From: Saprospiraceae bacterium
GTDB taxonomy: Bacteria > Bacteroidota > Bacteroidia > Chitinophagales > Saprospiraceae
Direction: 5' to 3'
DNA length: 64,000 bases
NCBI GenBank assembly: GCA_025056735.1
Contig: JANWVR010000119.1
Location: 501-64,500 of the forward strand
The position numbers and the translations under genes are program-made. Positions 1 through 10,097 of this stretch are shown in pieces (position 1 is the first letter of the stretch; each line of letters begins with the position of its first letter). Under the pieces are notes generated by a model. That model ran no database searches. It was not told the origin of the DNA and saw only the letters and a program-made list of their open reading frames with translations.

Positions 1-874
1 CTTCAATTTCGATATCCACCTGAAAATATGCCTCGAATTCGGCCACAACTTCCGACAGCGGCTCTCCGCTAAAGGAGAGACGATGCGTTTGCCAGACGAG
101 CTCGTTCAGGTTTGGCACAGCGTCTTTTTCCAACCGCTGGCCGGCGGCATGCCAGCGGGCTTTTTCTTTTGCCTGCAAGATAGTGCTTTGTTTGCCGTGG
201 CCTTTACCCTGTGGCCAGAAGCGCACTATTCCCTCGCATACCAGCACAGAGGTTTCATTGCCCTGAGTACGCAGGTCGAATTGCGTGCCCAGCACCTCCG
301 CAACAGCATCGGCAGAAGTTTCCACCACAAACGGCTTCTGAGCGTTGTGCTCCACCGTGAACACAGCCTCACCTTCCAATTCAACGCGCCGCTCGTCCCG
401 GTTATAGGTCTCGGCATCGTAGCGCAATTTAGAACCTTGCCGGAGGCTGACGAGCGAACCATCGGGCAAGCGCAGTTCGCGGTGCCCTGTTTGGGCATAC
501 TCTTCGTGCACAGTGGACGCCGACGGGCGGACAAGCCAGAACAGGGCCACGCCTACCATAATCGCTACAGCAGCAGCAGCGGCAGCTTTCCACCAGGCCA
601 GGCGCCATTTGTGGGCTTGAGGTAGTTCAGCAATGAATGCGCTATCGCTCGCAGCTATACGAGCCATTAGCTGCTCAAATTCCCGATCCAAATCCATTTC
701 AATAGCCTTGGTCGGCGGCGGCGTGGCATTCTGCCAGATCTGCCGATAGGCCTCCGCTTCGGCAGCCCATTGGGGCGACTCGCGCAAGCAGGCTTCCAAC
801 CGCTCTAATTCCTCTGGAGCGATTTCATCAGCCCATTGGCGCTGAAGAAGCAGGAGTAGTTCTGCGTGCGACAT
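1..874 (-). CDS. FecR-family anti-sigma factor / transmembrane sensor (partial, 3' end runs off the window)
   Basis: Absent from the ORF track because no stop lies in the window. The reverse-strand ATG at 874-872 opens a frame that I translated without stops to position 2: MSHAELLLLLQRQWADEIAPEELERLEACL...KWRLAWWKAAAAAAVAIMVGVALFW (TM)...HRELRLPDGSLVSLRQGSKLRYD...VELEGEAVFTVEH...LSEVVAEFEAYFQVDIEIE. Short cytoplasmic N-terminus, one TM helix and a FecR-like periplasmic domain. It lies 43 nt downstream of an ECF sigma gene. Confidence 0.8.
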   Translation of the reverse strand, partial: MSHAELLLLLQRQWADEIAPEELERLEACLRESPQWAAEAEAYRQIWQNATPPPTKAIEMDLDREFEQLMARIAASDSAFIAELPQAHKWRLAWWKAAAAAAVAIMVGVALFWLVRPSASTVHEEYAQTGHRELRLPDGSLVSLRQGSKLRYDAETYNRDERRVELEGEAVFTVEHNAQKPFVVETSADAVAEVLGTQFDLRTQGNETSVLVCEGIVRFWPQGKGHGKQSTILQAKEKARWHAAGQRLEKDAVPNLNELVWQTHRLSFSGEPLSEVVAEFEAYFQVDIEIE

Positions 875-916
875 GTTAGCATTTTGTTAAAAGGACAACG
901 GACTAACGGGTTTCCC

Positions 917-1525
917 CTATTGGCCCCACCATCCTTTTATGCACAAAAGGACGATAGAAGACAAATACCGATATTTTTCCAAGGCTAAGCGAAGTAAACG
1001 CATGGCCCGAAGGAGCTGGTTTTCAATCGTTTTTACCGATATGCCGAGCCGTTGGGCGATCTCCCGATGGGGCAGGCGCTCAAAGCGGCTGAGCTGAAAA
1101 ATGATACGGCATTTTTCGGGTAGTTGCTCGATGGCTTCCTGCAGGCGCTCTTCCAGCTCGTCTTGTTGGGCCTTCCAGTCTATGTCGTGTACGGAGGGGT
1201 CGGGCAGGTCGTGCCAGGAGGCGTCGTCCTCTTGCAGTTGGTAGCGTTGTCGGACCTTCAGGTGGTTGAGCGCGCGGTTGATGGCAGCTCGGTGCAGATA
1301 AGCACCCAAGCGCGCAGGGTCAATTATCAGTGACTGGCGGCGCTGCCACAATTCGGCGAAAACTTCCTGAGCGATGTCTTTGCTGGTATCCACGTCGCTC
1401 ACGTAAGCGAACACTGCCGACACCAATCCCGGGTAGTACTGGTCAAACAAGCGCCGAAGCGCCTGCGAACACCCCTGCCGGAGCATCTCCAGATCGTGCG
1501 CATGGTGAGCAGATTTGATGTCCAT
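917..1525 (-). CDS. ECF-type RNA polymerase sigma-70 factor (FecI-like)
   Basis: ORF 917..1573. The 1573 start is TTG; the first ATG (MDIKSAHH...) is at 1525. Region 2 (DIAQEVFAELWQRR) and a region 4 HTH (LPHREIAQRLGISVKTIENQLLRAMRLLR) are present. Followed by a FecR gene. Confidence 0.85.
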   Translation of the reverse strand: MDIKSAHHAHDLEMLRQGCSQALRRLFDQYYPGLVSAVFAYVSDVDTSKDIAQEVFAELWQRRQSLIIDPARLGAYLHRAAINRALNHLKVRQRYQLQEDDASWHDLPDPSVHDIDWKAQQDELEERLQEAIEQLPEKCRIIFQLSRFERLPHREIAQRLGISVKTIENQLLRAMRLLRLALEKYRYLSSIVLLCIKGWWGQ

Positions 1526-1775
1526 ACTGGCGAAGTTTCCCAAGCCATCCGGTTTGCCTCTTTCATCAGACAAGCGCGCGCAGCCGAGGAGTCCAAAGAG
1601 TTAAAAAGTAAAAATCCGGTGCAAAATACTGTTTATCAGCGATGTAGCAGGTATCTGGGCTATAAGGCCTGCAAATTTTTTCCTTTAGAGGATAGGGGAT
1701 TGGAGCGTTCGGGTTGTCTGCTTTATGCAGGCTTTTGCGAAGAAATATCACTACAAAAATACCTGTCCGACGAAT

Positions 1776-2465
1776 ATGAACGCACGTAATTCTGTTTTTC
1801 AGCTGGAGAAGATGCCCCTTTTTGCCGTGTTGAAACCCGAAGAATTGTCTTTTTTGAAGAAATCTGCGCGCATTTTTCGATATAAGCGAAATGCAGAGAT
1901 TTATCTGATTGGGCAGCGTGCGTTAAAGGTTTTCTACGTGCTCAAAGGAGCAGTGAAAATAGGCGTGCAAAATGACAAGAAGGACGTGGTGAAGTACGTA
2001 GTGCAGGCGGGCAATCTTTTTGGGGAGTCGTGTTTGATGGGCGATTGGTACCGACGCGACTATGCAAGCGCTATGCTCAACGATACGGAGGTGTTGGAGT
2101 TTGATGTCAGCGCTTTACTGTACCTGATGCGCCACAATTTTGCCTTTGCCCAATCGCTCCTGCATCTGTTGGGCGAGCGCCTGCGTCAGACGGAAACGCA
2201 ATTGGAAAATGTGGTGCTCAAGGACTCGCGCAGCCGCATCTTGGAGTTTTTGCACCAGATGGGCACGGAGCAGGGTCAGGCTGTGGGCGCCGAAACGCTC
2301 GTCAGGCATAACCTGACGCATCAGGACATTGCCGATATCACAGGTACCAGCCGCCAGATGGTAACGGCGGTGCTCAATCAACTCAAGCGATCGAACGTGC
2401 TGTATTTCAGCCGGAAAAGAATACTTTTTCGCGATTTGGATGCCTTGCCACTGTGTGCGGGGTGA
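1776..2465 (+). CDS. Crp/Fnr-family transcriptional regulator
   Basis: ORF 1725..2465. N-terminal cNMP-binding-like fold (LFAVLKPEELSFL...GNLFGESCL) and C-terminal HTH (LTHQDIADITGTSRQMVTAVLNQLKRSNVLYF). ATGs at 1725, 1776 and 1812 are all possible starts. Confidence 0.8.
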   Translation: MNARNSVFQLEKMPLFAVLKPEELSFLKKSARIFRYKRNAEIYLIGQRALKVFYVLKGAVKIGVQNDKKDVVKYVVQAGNLFGESCLMGDWYRRDYASAMLNDTEVLEFDVSALLYLMRHNFAFAQSLLHLLGERLRQTETQLENVVLKDSRSRILEFLHQMGTEQGQAVGAETLVRHNLTHQDIADITGTSRQMVTAVLNQLKRSNVLYFSRKRILFRDLDALPLCAG

Positions 2466-2469
2466 GTGA

Positions 2470-2563
2470 GCCTGCCAAACAAGTTTGGCCGCTACGGAGA
2501 ACAGCCTGCCAAACAAGTTTGGCGGGCACTGGGCCAAACAAGTTTGGCCGCTACGGGGAACAG
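2470..2563. repeat. Three tandem units of a ~30-bp element with a GCCAAAC-AA-GTTTGGC palindromic core
   Basis: Cores at 2474-2489, 2508-2523 and 2533-2548. Units 1 and 3 continue with CGCTACGG(A/G)GAACA. The array lies between the convergent Crp and nitroreductase genes, upstream of the + strand terminator at 2597. Confidence 0.75.
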
Positions 2564-2596
2564 TTTTGCTTCATACGATAGAATGGGTTTTGTTCG

Positions 2597-2630
2597 GGCG
2601 GTATGCAAAGGCATGCCGCCTATTTTTTTA
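2597..2630 (+). terminator. Intrinsic terminator (10-bp stem, AAAG loop, T-run)
   Basis: GGCGGTATGC-aaag-GCATGCCGCC followed by TATTTTTTTA. The T-run follows the hairpin only on the + strand, so it would end the Crp transcript after the repeat array. Confidence 0.6.
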
Positions 2631-2658
2631 TTCCATCTATCGTTTTGGCGCCTCGGCA

Positions 2659-3225
2659 TTAGTGCCAGACGACTTTTTCCTCGATGGGTCGCCGTTTGCC
2701 CGGCAATTCTGGGGCGTTGTGCCAGCCTAAATAGAAGAAGCCCAGACAGCGCTCGTTGGGTTGCAGGCCGAGGAACTCGCTGGCTTCTAAGGCCGCTTTG
2801 GGCGTGCTCCAGTAACAGCCTAAGCCCATTTCGGCGCAGGTGAGCCACATGTTTTGTACCGCCATGGCTACGGCAGCGATCTCCTCGAATTCCGGCACGC
2901 TTTCTTGTGGGTCGCGGTGCATGACGATAGCGATGACAGCGCCGGCCCGGAGCGGGTTTTCGGCCATTTTGCGCATTTTTTCTTCCGAAAATGCCTCGGG
3001 TGGCGTGTTGCGGCGGTAGTGTTCCGTCAAGTAGTCGGCCAATTGCTGGCGGCTTTCGGGAGAGTGGAAGACGTGGAAGCGCCACGGTTCGGTCAGGCGG
3101 TGCGTAGGCGCCCAGTTGGCGTTTTCGAGCAGTTGTTCTAAAGTTTCGCGCTCGATGGGACGCTCGGGGAGGTAAGATTTAGGGAAAATGGCGCGACGTT
3201 GGTGAATGAGTTCGGATATGTTCAT
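2659..3225 (-). CDS. NAD(P)H nitroreductase family protein
   Basis: 188 aa with an ATG start. MNISELIHQRRAIFPKSYLPERPIERETLEQLLENANWAPTHRLTEPWRFHVF is the typical nitroreductase N-terminus. Confidence 0.85.
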   Translation of the reverse strand: MNISELIHQRRAIFPKSYLPERPIERETLEQLLENANWAPTHRLTEPWRFHVFHSPESRQQLADYLTEHYRRNTPPEAFSEEKMRKMAENPLRAGAVIAIVMHRDPQESVPEFEEIAAVAMAVQNMWLTCAEMGLGCYWSTPKAALEASEFLGLQPNERCLGFFYLGWHNAPELPGKRRPIEEKVVWH

Positions 3226-3255
3226 GGGCTATTCAGAAAAATAAGGGTCGTGAAA

Positions 3256-5925
3256 TTAAAAGCCTTCGTCCACCCGGCGCGTAGAAGGTTTGGCGCGCGT
3301 AGCCTGGGTGGGGTCGAGAGGCAGGTCCTGGTAGCGGTCGGCGCCAAAACCTTCTTCATCGCTAGCGGGGCGGCTTTCTAAGTATTTCGAGCAATCAATC
3401 TCGATTTCGAGGTCACCCGCTGGACGCTTGAAGCGCTTCGTATAGTCGAAGCCCGATGCAGGGTCTTGCTCCAGACGTTTGATAAACGTAGCGAAGATGG
3501 GGCGTGCTAAGCGAGCGCCCTGACCGTCGTTGAGCGAGAGGAAGCGTATCCAGCGGTCTTCGCCGCCCACCCAGGTGCCAACGACAAGGGAGGGCGTGAG
3601 GCCCATAAACCAGGCATCGCTGTAATTATTAGTGGTGCCGGTTTTGCCGCCCACTTCGCTTTTCAGCTCGCGCATGCCCGGGGCGCCGCTAACATTGTAC
3701 TTGAGCATGTCGAGCATGACGTAGTTGACGTTGGCAGGCAGGGCCGGATTTTCTTCCGGGTGATTGCGGTAAATGACGCGCCCGTTGCGGTCTTCAATTT
3801 TCTGGATGACGTAAGGCTGGGCGAACATGCCCTCGTTGGCAAAAGTCGCATAAGCGGCGGTCATTTCCCATACGGTCAGGTCGGCGGCGCCCAGACATAT
3901 GGATGGCTGTCTGGGGATGTAGTATTCACCATCGGGGCGGCGCCTTGAGGAGTCAATGCCCATATGGTGCAGCAGGCCGCGCACCGGCTCCGGGCTGCCC
4001 AGTTGCTTCATCAGGTAGGCGCTCACCGAGTTGACAGAGCCTTTGAGGGCCTCTTTAAGCGTGAGCAGGCTGCCCGAATAGGTACCCGTAGCATTCTTAG
4101 GCGTCCAGTCCACGACGTTGGTAAAGCCCTGATAGCGAGCAGGTATGGTCGTTTCCTCGTCGTACACCTGGAAGCAAGGGCTGACGCCCTGCTGAGCAAT
4201 GGCAGTGGCGTAAACAAAGGGCTTGAACGTAGAGCCCACCTGGCGCATCGTGCGTACGTGGTCGTACTTGAAATACTTGAAGTTGATGCCGCCTACCCAG
4301 GCGCGCACGGCGCCCGTAGTAGGTTCGATGGCCAGCATGCCCACCTGCAGGAACATGCGGTGGTAGCGCAGGCTGTCCATAGGCGACATGACGGTGTCCT
4401 TTTCGTAACGCGGGCTTTTCCAGTCGAACACCTTCATAGGTATCTTTTGAGCGTACTGCTGGCTGACCGTACGCTGCAGCATCTGCCATTGCTTCTTTAA
4501 TTCTGGCCAATGGCGGCTGTTCAGAATCTGGCGGTATTGGGTGGCTTTTTGCGGCGAGAGCCAGCCTTTAGCAATGTGGCTGGCAAAAGTTTTTCCGTCT
4601 TTTTCTTCGGCCAGCATGCGCGTCATGTCGGCGTCCTGGATGTCTAAGCCGTACTCCTTTTGGATGCGATCGGCGATATCGCCCATGTACTTGGGCCACA
4701 GGAGTTGGTAGCGTTCGCTGGCGCGCACAAGCTTGCGCAGCTCTTCCTGGCGCAATTCGATTTCGGCAGGCGTGGTTTCGCGGCTTTTGTAGGTCCAGGG
4801 GTCGCGGCCTTTCCACACCTGGAAGAAGCGCTGCTGGGCCTGGGCCATGTGAGTGGCCATAGCGGCTTCGGCATGGCGCTGATACACAGGGTTGATGGTG
4901 GTGTAAATGCGCAGCCCGTCGCGGTAGATGTTGTACACCGTGCCGTCGGGTTTGCGGGCTTCGGGCGCCTCTAAGATGGCCTGCACGTCTTTTTTCAGTT
5001 CAGCGCATAGGTAGGGCGCAGTGTCGTCGGAGAAAGAGACGCGCTTGAACCGGCTCATATCCAACGGCAGTACTTTGAGGCTATCGTACTGGCGTTCGGT
5101 GAGGTATCCGTTTTGCCACATCTGGAAGAGCACGACCATGCGGCGGCGGATGCAGCGGTCGGGGTAGGTGTTGGGATTGTAGCGCGAGGGGTTTTGCAAC
5201 ATCCCCACCAGCGTGGCCGCCTCTTCTATTTTGAGTTTTTTAGGAGTGGTTCCAAAGTAGATTTCTGCGGCCGCGTGGATGCCGTAGGCGTTATTCACGA
5301 AGTCCACCTGGTTGAGGTACATGGCAATGATTTCCTCTTTAGTATAGCGCTTCTCCAGTTTGACGGCAGTGATCCACTCGCGCACTTTCCGGTAAATGAG
5401 GGCAGCGGCCTTTTCCACCTTGTTCATGCCGGCAAAGTTGCGGTCAGAGTACAGGTTTTTGGCCAATTGTTGGGTGATGGTGGAGCCGCCTCCGGCGCTT
5501 TGGTCGCGCAGGAGCACGGTGCGCACCAGCACGCGGCCCACGGCGCGCGCGTCAATGCCGCTGTGTTCGCGGAAGCGCTCGTCTTCGGTGGCGATGAGCG
5601 CCTGCACTAAGTACGGGCTGAGTTCGTCGTAGGTGACGGGCACGCGGTTTTCCACAAAGTAGCGGCCTAGCACCTCGCCGTTAACGGCCAGCACCTCACT
5701 GGCTAAAGCAGAGCGCGGATTTTCTAATTCCCGAAAAGACGGAATCGCAGTGAGACTGATGATAATGAATGCGAGAATGGCCGCAGCGAAGCTGCCTAAG
5801 GTGAATATCCACAGCCCGCGTATGATCTTGCGATAAATGGGCATACGCTGGTGCTGGAGCGCTGCTTTGAAGGCAATAAGCCGCTGTGGCTCCGGGCTTC
5901 GAGAAGGCAAGTCCCTATTCATCAT
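3256..5925 (-). CDS. mrcA: Penicillin-binding protein 1A (bifunctional transglycosylase/transpeptidase)
   Basis: GT51 motifs (ATEDERFREHSGID, GGSTITQQLAKN); transpeptidase SxxK (GSTFKPF) and KTG (GKTGTTNN). The N-terminal TM helix follows MPIYRKIIRGLW. Start is ambiguous: ATG at 5925 overlaps the ftsH stop by 11 nt; ATG at 5844 is the alternative. The track start at 6003 lies inside ftsH. Confidence 0.9.
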   Translation of the reverse strand: MMNRDLPSRSPEPQRLIAFKAALQHQRMPIYRKIIRGLWIFTLGSFAAAILAFIIISLTAIPSFRELENPRSALASEVLAVNGEVLGRYFVENRVPVTYDELSPYLVQALIATEDERFREHSGIDARAVGRVLVRTVLLRDQSAGGGSTITQQLAKNLYSDRNFAGMNKVEKAAALIYRKVREWITAVKLEKRYTKEEIIAMYLNQVDFVNNAYGIHAAAEIYFGTTPKKLKIEEAATLVGMLQNPSRYNPNTYPDRCIRRRMVVLFQMWQNGYLTERQYDSLKVLPLDMSRFKRVSFSDDTAPYLCAELKKDVQAILEAPEARKPDGTVYNIYRDGLRIYTTINPVYQRHAEAAMATHMAQAQQRFFQVWKGRDPWTYKSRETTPAEIELRQEELRKLVRASERYQLLWPKYMGDIADRIQKEYGLDIQDADMTRMLAEEKDGKTFASHIAKGWLSPQKATQYRQILNSRHWPELKKQWQMLQRTVSQQYAQKIPMKVFDWKSPRYEKDTVMSPMDSLRYHRMFLQVGMLAIEPTTGAVRAWVGGINFKYFKYDHVRTMRQVGSTFKPFVYATAIAQQGVSPCFQVYDEETTIPARYQGFTNVVDWTPKNATGTYSGSLLTLKEALKGSVNSVSAYLMKQLGSPEPVRGLLHHMGIDSSRRRPDGEYYIPRQPSICLGAADLTVWEMTAAYATFANEGMFAQPYVIQKIEDRNGRVIYRNHPEENPALPANVNYVMLDMLKYNVSGAPGMRELKSEVGGKTGTTNNYSDAWFMGLTPSLVVGTWVGGEDRWIRFLSLNDGQGARLARPIFATFIKRLEQDPASGFDYTKRFKRPAGDLEIEIDCSKYLESRPASDEEGFGADRYQDLPLDPTQATRAKPSTRRVDEGF

Positions 5926-7969
5926 CGTCTCGACTGACGGGTGGTACTTCCGGTATGGCGGCACTCTCGCCAGGCGTAGGGTCGGCGAACGGCCGCTTTC
6001 CAATGAGATTTTCCAAATCCGCGCGATGCAGCACCTCTTTTTCCAACAGCGCCCGGGCCACTAAGTCGAGTTCGCGCCGCTTTTCGCGCAGCATACTTTT
6101 GGCCCGTTCGTACTGCTCGTCAATGGTGCGCTTTACTTCCTGATCAATCAGGTAGGCCGTCTGGTCGGAGAAGGGACGCATGAAAGCGTCGTTGAGCATG
6201 GAGGCGTAGGAGACATTTCCTACGCGCTCATTCATGCCGTAGTTGATGATCATTTCATACGCCAGCCGCGTCACGTAGTCTAAATCGCTCTGAGCGCCGG
6301 TGCTGATTTTGCCAAACACAACGGCTTCGGCGGCCCGGCCACCCAGGGTCATGCACATGTCGTCGAGCAGTTTTTCTTTGCGCGTGATGTACTGCTCTTT
6401 GGGCAGGTACTGGGCATAGCCCAACGCTGCCAGGCCGCGCGGCACAATGGTTACCTTCACCAACGGATGCGCGTGCTCTAAGAACCAGCCGCAAATAGCG
6501 TGGCCCGCCTCGTGATAGGCAATGATCTGCTTTTCTTCAGGGCTGATGATCTTGTTTTTCTTCTCTAAGCCGCCAATGACTTTATCTAAGGCGTAGTGGA
6601 AGTCGTCCATGTCCACAGCGCCCTTATTGCGGCGAGCAGCGATGAGGGCGGCCTCGTTGCATACGTTAGCGATGTCGGCGCCTACGAAGCCCGGCGTCAT
6701 TTCGGCCAGCGCTTCGGGCGTTACTTCAGGGGCAATGCGGATGTTTTTCAGGTGTACGCGGAAGATTTGCTCGCGCCCTTTGAGGTCGGGGCGCCCGATG
6801 CCTATCTGGCGGTCGAAGCGACCCGGTCGCAGCAGCGCCTGGTCGAGAATATCGGGGCGGTTGGTAGCGGCCATCAGGATAACGCCCTTGTCCGTAGGGA
6901 AGCCGTCCATTTCCACCAGCAGCTGGTTAAGTGTGTTTTCGCGCTCGTCGTTGCCGCCCTGAATGGCCCCTCGACCGCGCGCGCGGCCAATGGCGTCTAT
7001 TTCATCAATAAAAATGATGCACGGCGCCTTCTCCCGCGCCTGGCGGAACAGGTCGCGCACCCGCGAAGCGCCCACGCCCACGAACATTTCTACAAAGTCG
7101 GAACCGGAAATGGAGAAGAACGGCACACCCGCTTCGCCCGCCACGGCCTTGGCCAGAAGCGTCTTACCCGTGCCCGGAGGACCGACCAGCAGCACGCCCT
7201 TGGGTATTTTGCCGCCCAGCGCCGTGTACTTCTTCGGGTTCTTCAGGAAGTCCACAATCTCCATGACCTCCTCCTTGGCTTCGTCTAAGCCCGCCACATC
7301 GGCAAACGTTACGTCCACGCGCGAGTTGTTGTCGAAAAGCGTCGCCTTCGACTTGCCAATGTTGAAAATCTGCGCTCCAGGCCCGCCAGCGCCACCGCCT
7401 ACGCGCCGCAGGATGAAAATCCACAGCACGACCAACAGCAGCAGCGGCACTAAATAAGGCAAAACAGTGCCCACAAAATCGGACTCCTTCTTGTATTCGA
7501 TGGACATCTTGGGGCGCTTTTCCTTGAGCAGAGCAGCATCCAGCTCTTTGGTGCGCTCTTTCCATATCTCCACCGGGCCAATCTCAAAAGTCATGTACGC
7601 CCGAGTAGGGTCAAAATTCCAGGCGGTCTTGTCTGGTTGGCAGTCGCCGTCTTTGTCTTCGATGCGAAGCCGCTCGAAATGTTTGCACAGACTATCAGGT
7701 TTGATGAAAACCCGGGCAACCGTTTCGTTGACGACTACTACGCGCTCAACATCTCCCTGGAGCGCCATTTGCTCAAAGTCTCTATACGTAATGCCCGGCG
7801 GCGACACAAACATCCGCGACAGCTGTAGCCCCAGCAGGGCTAAGCCAATGAGGATGTAAATCCAGGTGAAACTAAAACGCGGACCTTCGCCTTCGGGCGA
7901 AGCGTCGTTGCGTCGGGGGCGCAACTCCTCCTGAGGGTCGTCGTTGCGCGGGCGCTTATCGTTGCTCAT
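5915..7969 (-). CDS. ftsH: ATP-dependent zinc metalloprotease FtsH
   Basis: Walker A GPPGTGKT, Walker [13 protein letters not shown] and zinc site HEAGHA. First plausible start is [10 protein letters not shown] at 7969. Confidence 0.95.
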   Translation of the reverse strand: MSNDKRPRNDDPQEELRPRRNDASPEGEGPRFSFTWIYILIGLALLGLQLSRMFVSPPGITYRDFEQMALQGDVERVVVVNETVARVFIKPDSLCKHFERLRIEDKDGDCQPDKTAWNFDPTRAYMTFEIGPVEIWKERTKELDAALLKEKRPKMSIEYKKESDFVGTVLPYLVPLLLLVVLWIFILRRVGGGAGGPGAQIFNIGKSKATLFDNNSRVDVTFADVAGLDEAKEEVMEIVDFLKNPKKYTALGGKIPKGVLLVGPPGTGKTLLAKAVAGEAGVPFFSISGSDFVEMFVGVGASRVRDLFRQAREKAPCIIFIDEIDAIGRARGRGAIQGGNDERENTLNQLLVEMDGFPTDKGVILMAATNRPDILDQALLRPGRFDRQIGIGRPDLKGREQIFRVHLKNIRIAPEVTPEALAEMTPGFVGADIANVCNEAALIAARRNKGAVDMDDFHYALDKVIGGLEKKNKIISPEEKQIIAYHEAGHAICGWFLEHAHPLVKVTIVPRGLAALGYAQYLPKEQYITRKEKLLDDMCMTLGGRAAEAVVFGKISTGAQSDLDYVTRLAYEMIINYGMNERVGNVSYASMLNDAFMRPFSDQTAYLIDQEVKRTIDEQYERAKSMLREKRRELDLVARALLEKEVLHRADLENLIGKRPFADPTPGESAAIPEVPPVSRDDDE

Positions 7970-8009
7970 AAATTTTTTCCTCTTGAATGGTGTTGAAAAA
8001 AGCAGCCGC

Positions 8010-8405
8010 TCACACGTCGGCAAACTCCGTCATCTCGGCATCGCCCCACAGCTGCTCCAGATCGTAAAAATGGCGCGTCTCCGGATAGAAGACGTGCACA
8101 ATGGTGTTGAAATAATCCATCAGCACCCAGCGCGCATTGAGCGAGCCTTCCGTGTGCGAAGGCATCGTCTGCAGCGCATCCTTTACCTTTTTATAGACGC
8201 TATCCGAAATGGCTTTAATGTGCGTACTCGAGTCGCCTTCGCAGATGATGAAAAAATCTGCCGGAGCATCTCCCAGTTTTCGCAGGTCTAATTGGACGAT
8301 ATTTTTGCCTTTTTTATCGCGGATACCCTCGATGATTAGCTCGTTCAGTTGCTCCAAATACGCCTCACGCGCGAGCGGCTGACGGATGGCAGTTGTGCTA
8401 CTCAA
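8010..8405 (-). CDS. rsfS: Ribosomal silencing factor RsfS (iojap-like)
   Basis: 131 aa with LNELIIEGIRDKKGKNIVQLDLRKLGDAPADFFIICEG...VLMDYFNTIVHVF. Conserved rsfS-ftsH order. The only in-frame start near the N-terminus is TTG at 8405. Confidence 0.9.
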   Translation of the reverse strand: MSSTTAIRQPLAREAYLEQLNELIIEGIRDKKGKNIVQLDLRKLGDAPADFFIICEGDSSTHIKAISDSVYKKVKDALQTMPSHTEGSLNARWVLMDYFNTIVHVFYPETRHFYDLEQLWGDAEMTEFADV

Positions 8406-8492
8406 ATTCTAACGCTGTTTGATTTTGAGATAAACGTCTAAAGACGGCCTAAAGTTAAGACGGTTGTTTTTGGCCAGATAAAAAAACGACAA

Positions 8493-8500
8493 TAAGTTTG
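8493..8500 (+). promoter_or_regulatory. Bacteroidota -7 promoter box TAnnTTTG (TAAGTTTG) upstream of birA
   Basis: Exact match to the TAnnTTTG consensus, 30 nt upstream of the birA ATG. Confidence 0.35.
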
Positions 8501-8529
8501 AAGAAAAAAAAGCGAGGTATTCAAAGCGC

Positions 8530-9291
8530 ATGAAAAACACCCTTTTCGTGGGAAAAGTTCGGTATGCCTTCGATACGCTGTCCTCTACAAACGACTATCT
8601 GGCCGAACTGTTGACAAAAAGCAAGCCACCCGAAGGCGCCCTCGTGTCTGCTGACAATCAGACAGCCGGACGCGGCCAATATGGCAGCCGATGGTACAGC
8701 GCGCCAGGCGAGAACCTGCTGATCAGCCTTGTTTTTTACCCCACCTGGCTGGAGGCCGGCGACCAATGGCTCCTCAGCGAAGCCATGGCCGTAGCCGTGC
8801 GCGATGCTGTGGCGGAGGCAACGCAGCTGCCGGCTCGCATCAAATGGCCCAACGACGTCTATTTGGGCGAGCGCAAGACGGCGGGCCTACTCCTCCAGTG
8901 CGCCCTCAGCGGTGCGCATGTGCAGCACGCCGTTGTGGGCATCGGCCTCAACGTCAACCAGACGCGCTTCCCTCCCGAAGCCCCCAATGCCACCTCGCTG
9001 GCCTTAGCCTGTGGGCGCGCCTTCGACCGCCCGACCGTACTGGAGCTGCTGCTCTGGGCCGTCGAGCAGCGATACCTGCAGCTGCGCCAGGGCCAGCAAG
9101 CGCGTATCCGTCAGGACTACCGAACTCATCTGCTCGGGCTGGGCCAGCGCCGACGCTTCGCTCGACCCGACGGCAGCACCTTCGAGGGCACGCCCGAAGA
9201 CGTGCTGCCCGACGGCCGCCTCGCCGTGCGCACCGACCAGGGCAGGGCCGTGTTCGACGTCAAACAACTCACGTGGCTGTTCGCAACGTAG
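8530..9291 (+). CDS. birA: Biotin--[acetyl-CoA-carboxylase] ligase (group I, no N-terminal HTH)
   Basis: GRGQYGSRWYSAPG matches the GRGRxGRxW biotin-binding loop; KWPNDVY motif present; 253 aa. Confidence 0.9.
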   Translation: MKNTLFVGKVRYAFDTLSSTNDYLAELLTKSKPPEGALVSADNQTAGRGQYGSRWYSAPGENLLISLVFYPTWLEAGDQWLLSEAMAVAVRDAVAEATQLPARIKWPNDVYLGERKTAGLLLQCALSGAHVQHAVVGIGLNVNQTRFPPEAPNATSLALACGRAFDRPTVLELLLWAVEQRYLQLRQGQQARIRQDYRTHLLGLGQRRRFARPDGSTFEGTPEDVLPDGRLAVRTDQGRAVFDVKQLTWLFAT

Positions 9292-9356
9292 CTGCAGGAT
9301 GGAATCCTGGGAATAAGGTCTTCGAGTCAGGAGCTTTGAAGGATCTTTGGAAAATT

Positions 9357-9378
9357 GGAGAGTCAACTCTCCGATTTT
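9357..9378 (+). terminator. Terminator-like hairpin after birA
   Basis: GGAGAGT-CA-ACTCTCC followed by GATTTTAT. A second weaker hairpin plus T6 lies at about 9390-9412. Confidence 0.35.
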
Positions 9379-9557
9379 ATAGCAAATTTGGAGAGTGCAT
9401 CCTCTGTTTTTTATCAAAAAGACTTGGAGTCCGGTCTGGGAGGGATGTAGTGGCAAGGCAATGGCCACAAAAAAGCCCGTGAAATGCAACCCTTTACAAA
9501 CGGAGCGACCCTATTTGCTGGCAAAGCCGCTGTGGCGGTTTGAAGTACGGCAGCCGT

Positions 9558-10091
9558 ATGAGTTCCGCTGAGATAGAAGCCTGTTTGCGCGGTAACCGCC
9601 GCGCACAACGCGCCCTGTATGAGCGCTACAAGGGGCGGATGTTCGCTGTGTGCCTGCGCTATGCCGGCTCGCACGCCGAAGCCGAGGACATTTGCCAGGA
9701 AGGCTTCGTCCGCGTCTTTCGCGATCTGGCCCAATACGACGGCCGGGGCCCATTCGAGGGCTGGATGCGCAAGGTGTTCGTCAATGCCGCCCTACAACAT
9801 TTGGAAAAGCAGCGCCGCCGTATTCAGACCGATTGCTTAGACGGCATAGACGTGCCCGACGACGCGGCCGCGCCGCTCTTCGACGATACGCCGCCCGCCG
9901 AACGGCTCATCCATTTGCTGCAGCAACTGCCGCCTGGCTTTCGCACCGTGTTCAACCTGTACGTGCTGGAGGGCTACACCCACCCGGAAATCGCCGAAAT
10001 TTTGGGTATCTCCGTCGGCACGTCGAAATCACAACTCCTTCGAGCCAAGGCGCATTTGCGCCGCCTGCTCGAAAAAAGTCTTATTGAATAA
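9558..10091 (+). CDS. ECF-type RNA polymerase sigma-70 factor
   Basis: ORF 9540..10091; the 9540 start is TTG and the first ATG is at 9558 (MSSAEIEACLRGNRRAQRALYERY...). Region 2 (AEDICQEGFVRVF) and a region 4 HTH (THPEIAEILGISVGTSKSQLLRAKAHLRRLL) are present. Confidence 0.85.
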   Translation: MSSAEIEACLRGNRRAQRALYERYKGRMFAVCLRYAGSHAEAEDICQEGFVRVFRDLAQYDGRGPFEGWMRKVFVNAALQHLEKQRRRIQTDCLDGIDVPDDAAAPLFDDTPPAERLIHLLQQLPPGFRTVFNLYVLEGYTHPEIAEILGISVGTSKSQLLRAKAHLRRLLEKSLIE

Positions 10092-10097
10092 AGCGCC

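Noticed and set aside
83-625. A 180-aa + strand ORF and a 102-aa minus-strand ORF at the left edge of the window.
   Set aside because: A third frame (minus strand, 874 to 2) translates into a full FecR-type protein directly downstream of an ECF sigma gene. The listed ORFs have no motifs and overlap that frame.
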